From the NCBI GenBank assembly GCA_023247445.1, contig JAHFGL010000004.1, positions 72,968-136,967 on the forward strand: a stretch of 64,000 nucleotides of DNA. The letters are read 5' to 3'. The stretch's first letter is position 1. Each line of letters opens with the position of its first letter. Below the pieces are notes generated by a model. The model had not been told where the DNA came from, did not search any database, and saw nothing but the letters and a program-made list of their open reading frames with translations. Positions 1 to 9,996 of the stretch are shown piece by piece. The DNA comes from Candidatus Omnitrophota bacterium (lineage in GTDB: Bacteria; Omnitrophota; Gorgyraeia; Zapsychrales; Zapsychraceae). The position numbers and the translations under genes are program-made.

Positions 1-3000
1 ACCAGCCCATCAAATTAATCGACGCATTGCTTTACTTGGCGGTTACTCAGAAGAAACAAGAGGCGTTGGATCACTTGATAAGTATTGTTCGTTCAAGAGA
101 TCAAATTAAAGGTGTTGATGAAAAAGTTAAAGAGCGAATTGTAACAGAATTAACAAAGATTAATGATCCTTCCAAAGAATTACTATCAGCTCTTATGAGC
201 ATTTTAGCGGATGACACTGTTTCAAGCGAATTGCGGTTACCTTGTGTAAGAACTCTTCATAAAGTTTATAGTCGAAATCCAAAGCAGTTGACATTAGGTT
301 TATATTTTATGGTTTATGATAATTATTCAACGGATAAGCACGATATTTCAGTAGGGCTTTATTCTGCTGAAGTCCTGGCGCGATACAATCAAATGGAACA
401 ACAAGGCGAGCTAGAATTACGCAGAATGCTTATTGATCGAAATTTTACAGCCGTTAAAGCAGCGCTCGCGCAAAACCGTTTTACGCCCGAAGCAGTGGCC
501 CAGGCTATTTTGTTGAATAACTTAAATAACATTGTTGTACAGACAACCGGATTGATTGAAGATGTCAAGAAGGCCGACGTAAAAAATCGTAAAGGACTTA
601 TGGATGGGATGGTATCTATTCGTGACAAATTGCAGGGAATTGTCAGGCCATTTAGTTTAACCGATTGGGAGAGTAGTTTGACTAGTTGTGGGATTAGCGG
701 TCTTAATTTAAACCAATTTGGGTTTCGATCAGTTGGGAATGGGGTCATTATCCCAACGGTCTTTGATGTTTTGTTATCGACTTACCGTGGATCTGCCGAA
801 GTCGATAGTATACATAACACCTATTTAACACATGCTATTACAACAGCCATTATCCATTATGCCAATAAGGGAGGCGAAAATGCACGTTCTGATGGTGCGG
901 AAGGATTCAACGCCTTTCATGAATTTGATCAGGGGGCTCTTAATTTGTTGGGAGAGAATAATCGACGTAAGGATGATCACGTCACATTAGCTTTTAGTTA
1001 TCCTAATGATAAACCCATGCCTGAATACACTCGCAAGCGAACGATGCTTCTAAGAGACAGAACGATCATGGAGATTTTACTTCAACTAGGTCAATGGCAA
1101 GCTAAGGAACGAAAAGCGAAACAAAATATTTTCAAACTTTTGAAACTTCTCACGGAAGGCAAAGTCGCTAAACAGAAGTTAGATGAATTAATCAATGTTT
1201 TCAAAGCACAGCTTGATATCTTGCGTTCGCAGTGCGGTTTAAATAAAGCCTATTTTGATTTTCTCTTTGGATATATCAATGATAGTTTTTTTGATAATTT
1301 AAGAAAAGCGTATCAACCTCAAAGGGATAATGGAGAGATTTTACATAGATTATTACAATCGGCAATGACCGGCTTTCATGTTGTTAAGAAATCTCCTCGA
1401 CAAGGAATTAGAGAGGTCACTGATAAACATTCCTGGATTGACAGCCATATTATGTTGGGACGAAAACATCGCGCGCCGCTAACACTATTAACTTATTTAG
1501 GGAATGAAGAATATATTAGAAAATACACTTATGATGATGTCGATTTAAGCGACAAGATGGATTTTTCCGTTCCTGTAGTAGCTGTGCCTGCTGTAGCAAC
1601 TCTTGCTAGAGCGCCTTTGGTTGGCCCTGATTTAGCGGCAGCTACTGTTGCCGCACAACCCAACGCAGATAAAACGATTGATTTATTTTTTGCTGGCCGT
1701 GTCACGGAAGATAAGGGTGCCAGCGATTTTCTCCTCGTGCTAAGTGATATCCAAGCAAAATATAAAGCGAACGGCATAACAGTCAGAGGTCATTTCCTGG
1801 GAGCGGTCGAGGACTCGTTTAAACAACAATTACAAAATCTTGCGTTTGCCAATAATATTACACATTTAGAATTTCATGGGCCCTACTCACCGGAAGATTT
1901 TGTTTTGACCCTTAATCGACTTAATCGACCCAATTGTATTTTTGTTCATACGCTAGGATTGGTTACTAAAGAAGTTATGGCGATGGGATTTCCGATTGTT
2001 TCAAGAGATACGATGGCTGATCGTGGGACCTATAAAGTTGCGGAAAATCAGTATCGACAAGCGATTGAAGATTTGATTGATCATCCAGAAAAGCGTGAAG
2101 CGTTAACCGCTTATGCCCGACAGGAGGCCGAACGTTTATATGGTTCACGGCAGTGGTTGCAAACGATGTTTGATGTGGTTGAACGCGTAACTGGTCGAAA
2201 AGTTAATGATCGTTTCCGCGCGAGTTTTAGTTTTTCTGGATTTGGTTACGGCAAGCATGGAGTCAATGAATACTATAATAAATTCTTTAGATACTTAGCG
2301 AAGCTCCAAGGGGTCCAATCGGAGGTGGCTGTTGTGAGTATGCAGCAAAGACAATTTATGCAAGCTCAATTTCCGTCGTCAATGTTTGTTGATGGCGTTT
2401 TTGAGCAAAGTCAGTTGCAGGAGGTTAATACTTATCAACATATCGGAACGCATAAAAAAGGAACAGTTCCTTCAGATGCGGTTATTCGTCAGCAATTTTT
2501 ACCTGCGCTCACAAGATTAATTAAGGCTATTCAATCCGTTGATCTTGATGCTAAAAATATATTTAAGGTGACGAATCAATCTTCTCAAATGACGCAAGAG
2601 GCGCTAGAGGCCATGGTGCAGATGCAGGAATATTTTGTTAAAGGGGGTTATGATGTAGAAAAAACAATGTTGCATCCTCTCGTGGAGGAGGTTATGAAAA
2701 ATATTTTTCCAGGGAGCGATGGTAAATTTAAAGGTCTTCAAGCGAACATGGTTTCATTTGATAAGAGAGATAAACCGTTAGACCACTTCTCCAAATTAAT
2801 TACTTTGATGTATATGTTGGCGCAGCCGATGCCTGATGGCAAAGATGTCAGTTTCACGATGCAATTATTTCCCCCCATTCTTGATATTGTTCATCATAGG
2901 CAGGGCGGCCCGCCCGTCATTTATGTTGAGCATACTCGTCTGGGATATAATGAAAGAGCTGTCATCAAAAGTATTGACGATGGAAAATATCCAGGACACG

Positions 3001-4580
3001 TTAAACAATTTATGAAACAGTATGTGGCTTTGATGAAGATGATTATGGTACATCATGTGGATGGATATATTAATCCTTGGGATGGTAATGCGATGACGGA
3101 AACTTATGGTGGATTTTTTAGAGGCCAATCTTTTTATTTGCCCCATGCCGTTGATACGGAATTTTATCAATATGCCTCAAGTGGGCAGACAAATACTGCA
3201 ATAGCGGAATCATCGGCTCAAGATTTTATCAGCGTCAAAGATGGATTGGTGCCGCAAACTGACGAACGTACTCAGCGAGCAGAATTGTTAGGAATTGTTC
3301 AATCGAGTTTAACTACTTCTGTTGGCTCAAGAGGACGGGTTCTTGCTCAAGGCTCGGTGGGGCGCAACACCGATTTGCCGGGGAAATTTGATTTGGATTT
3401 GTTAGGAGTTTTCAAAAACAGTTTTAATCCGACACAGGAGGGAGAAAAAATAATCGCTGCTTTAAAGAGTAAATTTGAAGAACGAGGATATACCATTAAC
3501 AACATTAAACAGAGACCACATAATAGTCATCAATGGTTGATTTCATTTATTGTCTATGAAAAGAGTGGTCGGCCATTAACTAAAGTGGAGATTACCCTTC
3601 GGCAAGAAGGAAAGGTTTATCCTGATCTATTTAACGCTCAGATGAATCAAATTCAAGAACAATTTTCTCTGGCTGGTCAAGAAGCGACTCTTTCAGACAT
3701 ACGTTTTATGAAACATTTGTTACAAGAAGGGATTGAATCTTACAAATGGTTTCATGGAGGGTTAAGTGGGATTGGGGCGGAGCAGCTTATTATTCAGTCC
3801 GGCGGAGTGGAACAAAATGGATGGAAGATTAATGGACAAGGGTCTTTTGCTAAAGCCATGAAGTTGATCTACTCCATTGGATATGATCAACAGAATAAAA
3901 CGATTCGTCCTGTTAGCGAAGTGATCAATTCTTTTCAAATTTATAATATGGATGGAAGTAATCTGATGCAAAGTCTAAACGATTGGAGTTGGCGTCGTTT
4001 GGTTCATGCGGCGCGAGTTTACACAGAGGGCAAGGCGCAAGGCACCACATTTAGTGATCCTGAGGCATTAAGGTATAACTTGTCCGACGCTATTAAATAT
4101 CGAAAAGGATTCTTTAGAGGTTACGAATTAGAAATGGAAAATCATATAGGCGATTCTTTAGCTAACAGTAGTTTTGTGTTCGAAAGAGTTGGAGCTAATC
4201 GATATTACGTTTTTGTTACAGATCAGGCTGAGGCGCGAAGGTTTGAGCAAGGAGAGTTTTCTCAGTCTATTAAAAATACAGCTGATCAGGCTTTGTTAAC
4301 TAAAGCGGGATCAGCGGCTATCGATGAGGCAACTGGAACGGCTCCTGTTGGTGCAGATATTGATAGAAAAGGGGGTATCGATTTTGATATCAACAAGATC
4401 GATTTGTTTATCCAGAATGATGGAGCGCCGATTCAGTTTGAATTTGATCCTGCCCAATTGAAAGATTTTGAAGTCGATGGTTTTACTCCGCTTATTATCA
4501 AAATCGAACCCATTCCCAGCCTTCCTTTATTTTTGGGTTCTTTAAACCCGGAAGAGCAGCAAACGGCACTTATTAATTAA
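1..4580 (+). CDS. Giant multidomain protein, 5'-truncated by the window edge: GT-B (GT4-like) glycosyltransferase, Pol-beta/class I CCA-like nucleotidyltransferase, C-terminal GGIDF tail
   Basis: The frame is open from position 3 with no stop before the TTG at 27, so the true start is probably upstream. Motifs: FFAGRVTEDKG...GLVTKEVMAMGFPIVS (GT4 C-domain); LPHAVDTEFY; QGSVGRNTDLPGKFDLDL plus GGLSGIGAEQLII (nucleotidyltransferase); KGGIDFD...FDPAQL...PIPSLPLFLG tail. Confidence 0.75.
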   Translation, partial: QPIKLIDALLYLAVTQKKQEALDHLISIVRSRDQIKGVDEKVKERIVTELTKINDPSKELLSALMSILADDTVSSELRLPCVRTLHKVYSRNPKQLTLGLYFMVYDNYSTDKHDISVGLYSAEVLARYNQMEQQGELELRRMLIDRNFTAVKAALAQNRFTPEAVAQAILLNNLNNIVVQTTGLIEDVKKADVKNRKGLMDGMVSIRDKLQGIVRPFSLTDWESSLTSCGISGLNLNQFGFRSVGNGVIIPTVFDVLLSTYRGSAEVDSIHNTYLTHAITTAIIHYANKGGENARSDGAEGFNAFHEFDQGALNLLGENNRRKDDHVTLAFSYPNDKPMPEYTRKRTMLLRDRTIMEILLQLGQWQAKERKAKQNIFKLLKLLTEGKVAKQKLDELINVFKAQLDILRSQCGLNKAYFDFLFGYINDSFFDNLRKAYQPQRDNGEILHRLLQSAMTGFHVVKKSPRQGIREVTDKHSWIDSHIMLGRKHRAPLTLLTYLGNEEYIRKYTYDDVDLSDKMDFSVPVVAVPAVATLARAPLVGPDLAAATVAAQPNADKTIDLFFAGRVTEDKGASDFLLVLSDIQAKYKANGITVRGHFLGAVEDSFKQQLQNLAFANNITHLEFHGPYSPEDFVLTLNRLNRPNCIFVHTLGLVTKEVMAMGFPIVSRDTMADRGTYKVAENQYRQAIEDLIDHPEKREALTAYARQEAERLYGSRQWLQTMFDVVERVTGRKVNDRFRASFSFSGFGYGKHGVNEYYNKFFRYLAKLQGVQSEVAVVSMQQRQFMQAQFPSSMFVDGVFEQSQLQEVNTYQHIGTHKKGTVPSDAVIRQQFLPALTRLIKAIQSVDLDAKNIFKVTNQSSQMTQEALEAMVQMQEYFVKGGYDVEKTMLHPLVEEVMKNIFPGSDGKFKGLQANMVSFDKRDKPLDHFSKLITLMYMLAQPMPDGKDVSFTMQLFPPILDIVHHRQGGPPVIYVEHTRLGYNERAVIKSIDDGKYPGHVKQFMKQYVALMKMIMVHHVDGYINPWDGNAMTETYGGFFRGQSFYLPHAVDTEFYQYASSGQTNTAIAESSAQDFISVKDGLVPQTDERTQRAELLGIVQSSLTTSVGSRGRVLAQGSVGRNTDLPGKFDLDLLGVFKNSFNPTQEGEKIIAALKSKFEERGYTINNIKQRPHNSHQWLISFIVYEKSGRPLTKVEITLRQEGKVYPDLFNAQMNQIQEQFSLAGQEATLSDIRFMKHLLQEGIESYKWFHGGLSGIGAEQLIIQSGGVEQNGWKINGQGSFAKAMKLIYSIGYDQQNKTIRPVSEVINSFQIYNMDGSNLMQSLNDWSWRRLVHAARVYTEGKAQGTTFSDPEALRYNLSDAIKYRKGFFRGYELEMENHIGDSLANSSFVFERVGANRYYVFVTDQAEARRFEQGEFSQSIKNTADQALLTKAGSAAIDEATGTAPVGADIDRKGGIDFDINKIDLFIQNDGAPIQFEFDPAQLKDFEVDGFTPLIIKIEPIPSLPLFLGSLNPEEQQTALIN

Positions 4581-4781
4581 GTCATTTCTGGAGTATGATC
4601 GACGGCGCATATCCCGTTATCATTAACATCCAATCCGCCCCAAATTTTCTTATGCTGCTGGGAATCAATCAACAGGAGAAAGAAGACAGTTTAAGTTTAG
4701 TACACTAACCCCCTTAGCCTGTCCTAGTTTGTTCTAGTCTGTCCTCTTGCGCAATATTATATATGATGTTAAAGTTTGCCC

Positions 4782-5495
4782 ATGAACATTAAAAGAATTC
4801 TCCTGTTTTTAAGCATTATAAGTTTAGTTGTTATTCCTCTTCATCAAGCCGAGGCGTTGGTCAACGGCGGTTTTGAGTCGGGGTTCACAGGCTGGACGAC
4901 AGCCGGGGACGTGACGATTGACACCTCTTTATTTGGCAGCGGCCCAACGGCAGGTTTACAAGAAGCCCGTCTTAAAACCAATGGCCCAACAGAACAAACC
5001 CTCAGTCAGTTACAATCATTCTTTTCATTACCCGCAGGAACATTAAATGGTTTAGGTAATGGTAATGTTGATGAAGGTTCCGCTATTAAACAGACCTTTG
5101 CAGCCAATGCTGGTGATGTCTTATCATTTGATTGGAATTTTTTAACCAGACAAACAACCCCCGATGTTCTTAATGATTTTGCTTATGTTGTTTTAAATGG
5201 CCAGGCGATAACCTTAGCCAATACACATTCGACGTTTTTCCCGACAGCCACAACTTATTTTCACGAAACGCATTTTCAAACCTACACTTATAATATTCCA
5301 ACAACAGGTAATTTTACGCTTGGATTTTCGGTCGTTGACGTTGGCATCCCTGGCAATCATGGCAGAATAATTTCAGCTCTTGAGCTTGATAATATTCAAC
5401 TCGTAACCCCTTCATCGCCCGTCCCTGAACCAGCAACGGTTCTTTTGCTGGGAAGTAGCTTTCTTGGCATGATGGGTTTTAGAAGAAAATCATAA
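4782..5495 (+). CDS. PEP-CTERM sorting-domain surface protein
   Basis: Signal peptide ending AEA, then LVNGGFESGFTGW, and a C-terminal VPEPATVLLLGSSFLGMMGFRRKS (PEP, TM helix, basic tail). ATG 4782 preferred over TTG 4776. Confidence 0.92.
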   Translation: MNIKRILLFLSIISLVVIPLHQAEALVNGGFESGFTGWTTAGDVTIDTSLFGSGPTAGLQEARLKTNGPTEQTLSQLQSFFSLPAGTLNGLGNGNVDEGSAIKQTFAANAGDVLSFDWNFLTRQTTPDVLNDFAYVVLNGQAITLANTHSTFFPTATTYFHETHFQTYTYNIPTTGNFTLGFSVVDVGIPGNHGRIISALELDNIQLVTPSSPVPEPATVLLLGSSFLGMMGFRRKS

Positions 5496-5565
5496 GAACC
5501 GCTCGATTTATTTTTTCCCATCCAGAATTTTTTATATGTCCCGCATGTTTGTCTCGATTAAATAA

Positions 5566-5594
5566 TTGACAACCCCATCTATTTGACTTATCTT
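5566..5594 (+). promoter_or_regulatory. Sigma70-type promoter of metH, probably giving a leaderless or near-leaderless mRNA
   Basis: TTGACA (5566-5571), 17-nt spacer, TATCTT (5589-5594). The ATG is at 5603 and there is no Shine-Dalgarno. Confidence 0.6.
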
Positions 5595-5602
5595 AAACAT
5601 TC

Positions 5603-8600
5603 ATGAAACTTCCATTATTAAATCATCCGCTGCACGAGCTTTTGAAAAAACGTATCCTAATTTTAGATGGCGCGATGGGGACGATGATTCAAAAATATAA
5701 GCTTGATGAAGCGGCCTATCGCGGAAAAGAATTTGCCAATTACCATCGAGATTTAAAAGGCAATAACGATCTTCTTTCCTTGACGCAACCGCAAATTATC
5801 GAAGCCATCCATAGAGAATATTTAGACGCTGGTGCGGATATTATTGAGACCAATACCTTTAATTCCAATTCGGTCAGCATGGCGGATTATGGAATGGAGG
5901 ATCAGGTGTACGCGCTTAATCTTGCGTCGGCAAAAATCGCTAAAATGAGCGCGCAGGAATTTTCTAAAAAGAATCCAGCCAAGCCACGCTTTGTCGCTGG
6001 GGCCATTGGTCCAACCACCAAAACTTCATCGCTTTCCCCGGATGTGAATGATCCTGGCTTTCGCGCGATTAATTTCGATCAGCTAGTGACTTCTTACACT
6101 GAACAACTACGCGGACTTATCGACGGCGGAGTTGATCTTCTTCTTATTGAAACAATTTTTGATACGCTCAATGCCAAGGCCGCGATTTTTGCCATTCAAT
6201 CGTATTTTGAAAAGATTGGAAAAGAACTTCCCATTATGATTTCCGGAACAATCACGGATTTAAGCGGCCGCACACTTTCCGGTCAAACAACTGAAGCCTT
6301 TTGGATTTCCGTTTCCCACGCGAATCCGCTGATGATGGGTCTTAACTGTGCGCTGGGCGCTAAAGATATGCGTCCGTATGTCGAGGAATTATCGCGCGTC
6401 GTTCCTTGTTATGTCAGCTGCTATCCCAACGCGGGATTGCCAAATGCCTTTGGCGAATACGATCAAGGGCCGGAAGAAATGGCGAGCCTGGTGAAAGAAT
6501 TTGCGCAAAGTGGACTCATCAATGTTTTGGGCGGATGCTGTGGAACAACGCCGGATCACATTCGGGTTATTGCCCAGGCGGTTGAAGGCATTGCCCCTCG
6601 ACAAATTAAAGATATTCCGGTTCAAACGTGTTTTAGCGGATTGGAACCTCTCATTGTCCGCGCTAATAGTAATTTTATAAATATTGGCGAGCGAACCAAC
6701 GTTACAGGATCAAAGCAATTTGCGCGATTAATTTTAGCTGGCGATTATGACACGGCGCTATCGATTGCCCGTCAACAAGTAGAGAGTGGCGCACAGGTTA
6801 TTGATATTAATATGGACGAAGCGATGCTTGATTCGCAGGCCGCGATGGTGAAATTCTTAAATCTAATTGCCGCAGAGCCAGACATCTCGCGTGTGCCGGT
6901 TATGATTGACTCCTCGAAATGGTCAGTTATTGAAGCAGGATTAAAATGCGTCCAAGGCAAATCGATCGTCAATTCCATTAGCATGAAAGAAGGCGAGGCG
7001 GCCTTTAAAGAGCAGGCCAAAAAAGTTCTGCGTTATGGCGCGGCGGCTGTCGTTATGGCCTTTGATGAAAAAGGACAGGCCGATACAATCGATCGTAAAG
7101 TGGAGATTTGTACGCGCGCTTACAAAATTTTGACGCAAGAGATTGGATTTGCGCCACAGGATATTATTTTTGATCCCAATATTTTTGCGATTGCAACGGG
7201 AATCGAAGAACATAATAATTACGCCGTTGATTTTATTGAAGCCACGCGGATTATTAAACAAACATTACCGCATTGTTTGGTCAGCGGCGGCGTCAGTAAC
7301 GTCTCATTTTCGTTTCGCGGCAATGATGTCGTGCGTGAGGCAATGCATTCGGCCTTTTTGTATCACGCGATTAAAGCCGGCATGACGATGGGCATTGTCA
7401 ACGCTGGGATGATTGCCGTCTACGATGAAATTCCTAAGGATTTATTAAAACTGGTGGAAGATGTTATTTTAAATCGTCGACCAGAGGCGACCGAGAGACT
7501 CGTTACTTTTGCCGAAACGGTTAAAGCCAAGGGTAAAAAGGTTGAAGAGGATTTAGTTTGGCGCAAAGAGCCGGTTGAAAAACGTCTAGCCCATTCGTTA
7601 GTTAAAGGCATTGTTGAATTTATTGACGAAGATGTGGAAGAGGCGCGTCAGAAAACCAAGCGGCCGCTGGACATCATCGAGGGACCGCTCATGGATGGGA
7701 TGAACATTGTCGGCGATTTGTTTGGCGCCGGAAAAATGTTTTTACCTCAAGTTGTCAAAAGCGCTCGCGTTATGAAAAAAGCGGTTGCGTATCTAACTCC
7801 TTTTATTGAGAAAGAAAAGTCCGGCGATGCCCATCAATTTATTGGCACGATTGTCATGGCAACCGTCAAAGGCGATGTCCATGATATTGGCAAAAATATC
7901 GTCGGCGTTGTCTTGGGTTGTAATAATTTTAAAGTGATTGATTTGGGCGTTATGGTTTCGTGCGACAAAATTTTAAAGGCAGCGCAAGATGAAAAGGCGG
8001 ATATCATCGGATTAAGCGGACTCATCACACCATCCTTGGATGAAATGGTTCATGTTGCCTCAGAAATAGAGCGACAGAAAATCAATCTTCCCTTATTAAT
8101 TGGTGGAGCGACAACTTCGATTAATCATACCGCGGTTAAGATTGAGCCAGCGTATCATGGGATGACGGTGTACGTTAAAGATGCGTCGCGTAGTGTCGGC
8201 ATTGCGCGCAGTTTAATGGATCCGAAATTAAAAGCCGAGTTAAATGATAAGACCAAAAAAGATTATGCGCAGTTGCGTGAAGATCATCTCACACGCCAGC
8301 ATCAAAAACGTTTTCTGTCCATCGCAGAGGCTAGAAAGCGTGGACTAAAAACTGATTGGACCAAGCGGCAGATTACAAAACCAACATTTTTGGGCGTTCG
8401 CACGTTTAAAGATTTTGATTTTAAGGAACTTGTTGAGCGAATTGATTGGACACCATTTTTTATCACGTGGGAGTTAAAAGGAAAATATCCGAAGATCCTG
8501 ACGGATCCGAGCCTTGGCAAAGAGGCGACCAAACTATTTGCCGATGCCCAGACGATGCTCGCTGAAATTATTGCGCGAAAATCCTTTAAAGCCCATGGAA

Positions 8601-9289
8601 CAATTGGATTTTTTGCGGCCAATAGTATTGGTGATGATATCGAGGTTTATCTGGATGATCGCCGGTCAAAAGTTTTAACAACGCTTCATACAATAAGGGA
8701 GCAAACCGAAAAGCGCGAAGGCAATCAACCTTATTATGCTTTGTCAGATTTCATTGCGCCCAAAGAAACAGGCGTTAAAGATTATATCGGATTTTTTGCC
8801 GTCACAACTGGCTTTGGCGTAGATGAGTTGGCAAAAATTTATGAGAAGCAGCACGATGATTATAAAAGTATTATGGTCAAAGCGCTCGCTGATCGTTTGG
8901 CGGAGGCGTTTGCGGAACGGCTTCATGAGCAGGTGCGCAAAAAATATTGGGGATATGTTCCCAATGAGGATTTAACGAATGAAGAATTAATCGAATGTAA
9001 ATATCAGGGAATCCGCCCAGCGCCGGGTTATCCCGCCTGTCCAGATCATACGGAGAAGCCATCCTTATTTAAGTTAATTGATGCCGAAAAAAATACTGGC
9101 ATCTTGCTGACGGAATCCTTTGCGATGTTGCCCGCGGCTTCTGTCTGCGGCGTTTATTTTTCTCATCCGCAATCAAAATATTTTTGGATTGATAAAATCA
9201 ATAAAGATCAAGTCATCGACTACGCCGCGCGAAAGAAAATGGATATAAAGCTAGTCGAAAAATGGCTTGGACCGAATTTGGGGTATTAG
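5603..9289 (+). CDS. metH: Cobalamin-dependent methionine synthase
   Basis: 1228 aa. [21 protein letters not shown] (Hcy/Zn), IGERTNV (pterin domain), DVHDIGKN (B12-binding His) and [12 protein letters not shown] (reactivation domain). Confidence 0.98.
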   Translation: MKLPLLNHPLHELLKKRILILDGAMGTMIQKYKLDEAAYRGKEFANYHRDLKGNNDLLSLTQPQIIEAIHREYLDAGADIIETNTFNSNSVSMADYGMEDQVYALNLASAKIAKMSAQEFSKKNPAKPRFVAGAIGPTTKTSSLSPDVNDPGFRAINFDQLVTSYTEQLRGLIDGGVDLLLIETIFDTLNAKAAIFAIQSYFEKIGKELPIMISGTITDLSGRTLSGQTTEAFWISVSHANPLMMGLNCALGAKDMRPYVEELSRVVPCYVSCYPNAGLPNAFGEYDQGPEEMASLVKEFAQSGLINVLGGCCGTTPDHIRVIAQAVEGIAPRQIKDIPVQTCFSGLEPLIVRANSNFINIGERTNVTGSKQFARLILAGDYDTALSIARQQVESGAQVIDINMDEAMLDSQAAMVKFLNLIAAEPDISRVPVMIDSSKWSVIEAGLKCVQGKSIVNSISMKEGEAAFKEQAKKVLRYGAAAVVMAFDEKGQADTIDRKVEICTRAYKILTQEIGFAPQDIIFDPNIFAIATGIEEHNNYAVDFIEATRIIKQTLPHCLVSGGVSNVSFSFRGNDVVREAMHSAFLYHAIKAGMTMGIVNAGMIAVYDEIPKDLLKLVEDVILNRRPEATERLVTFAETVKAKGKKVEEDLVWRKEPVEKRLAHSLVKGIVEFIDEDVEEARQKTKRPLDIIEGPLMDGMNIVGDLFGAGKMFLPQVVKSARVMKKAVAYLTPFIEKEKSGDAHQFIGTIVMATVKGDVHDIGKNIVGVVLGCNNFKVIDLGVMVSCDKILKAAQDEKADIIGLSGLITPSLDEMVHVASEIERQKINLPLLIGGATTSINHTAVKIEPAYHGMTVYVKDASRSVGIARSLMDPKLKAELNDKTKKDYAQLREDHLTRQHQKRFLSIAEARKRGLKTDWTKRQITKPTFLGVRTFKDFDFKELVERIDWTPFFITWELKGKYPKILTDPSLGKEATKLFADAQTMLAEIIARKSFKAHGTIGFFAANSIGDDIEVYLDDRRSKVLTTLHTIREQTEKREGNQPYYALSDFIAPKETGVKDYIGFFAVTTGFGVDELAKIYEKQHDDYKSIMVKALADRLAEAFAERLHEQVRKKYWGYVPNEDLTNEELIECKYQGIRPAPGYPACPDHTEKPSLFKLIDAEKNTGILLTESFAMLPAASVCGVYFSHPQSKYFWIDKINKDQVIDYAARKKMDIKLVEKWLGPNLGY

Positions 9290-9375
9290 TCGTAGTTCCT
9301 AGTCTTAAGTAGCATTCGATTTTAAAAGAAACTTATAGTATATTTAAAGCAAAGCGACGAATAGAAAGGGTGCGT

Positions 9376-9690
9376 ATGACAAAGATAATTCATTTTAAGG
9401 ACAAAGATGGTAGAAGTTTTATTTTATCACCAATTGGATATGAACATATTCAACGCGAACATTGTATAGATGATCCTGTCAAATTTATAAAAGATACTCT
9501 TTTAGAGCCGTTCGCGATTGTTGAAGACAAATCAAAACATGACCGTTGGATATATCATAAGGATTATAAGCGAGGTCTTTATAAAGTTGTTGTTGTGAGT
9601 TTAGCGGATAATCGAATTAAGACGGCTTTTATTAGTGATTCAATTAAGGGAGGGAAAATTGTATGGCTAAAGAAAAAATGGATCAATTAA
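9376..9690 (+). CDS. Small basic protein, putative RelE/BECR-like toxin of a type II TA pair
   Basis: About 104 aa with YEHI..EH and RIKTAF motifs; overlaps the downstream DUF2283 gene. Start could be GTG 9370. Confidence 0.5.
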   Translation: MTKIIHFKDKDGRSFILSPIGYEHIQREHCIDDPVKFIKDTLLEPFAIVEDKSKHDRWIYHKDYKRGLYKVVVVSLADNRIKTAFISDSIKGGKIVWLKKKWIN

Positions 9691-9920
9691 CAGTTTCTTA
9701 TGATAAAGGGGCAGATGTTCTTTATATCACCGAGGGAAAACGTCGCCAAACCATTGGCGAATTGATGGATGATGGTGTTATTGTTCGCCGTGACCCTAAG
9801 ACTAAGAAAATTGTTGGGTTCACTATTGTAGATTTTATAGAACACTTTACAAATGCAAAGCCTCAGCGGATACCCCTTAAGGCAAGATTCTCTTCGTTGC
9901 AGCTTGTCAGTCACCATTAA
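9663..9920 (+). CDS. DUF2283 family protein (putative antitoxin)
   Basis: YDKGADVLYI...GVIVRRD.KTKKIVGFTI is the DUF2283 pattern; GGAGGG RBS upstream. Confidence 0.8.
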   Translation: MAKEKMDQLTVSYDKGADVLYITEGKRRQTIGELMDDGVIVRRDPKTKKIVGFTIVDFIEHFTNAKPQRIPLKARFSSLQLVSHH

Positions 9921-9996
9921 AGATGTTTTGAATTTGAATTCGGGCACTAACGCCCGAATTAGGTTAGTAGATAAACGCGAAAATAATTTTGTCTTA

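Noticed and set aside
3240-4100. CBASS anti-phage system
   Set aside because: The nucleotidyltransferase is a domain of a giant protein, and no Cap effector or Cap2/Cap3 genes are adjacent on the visible side.
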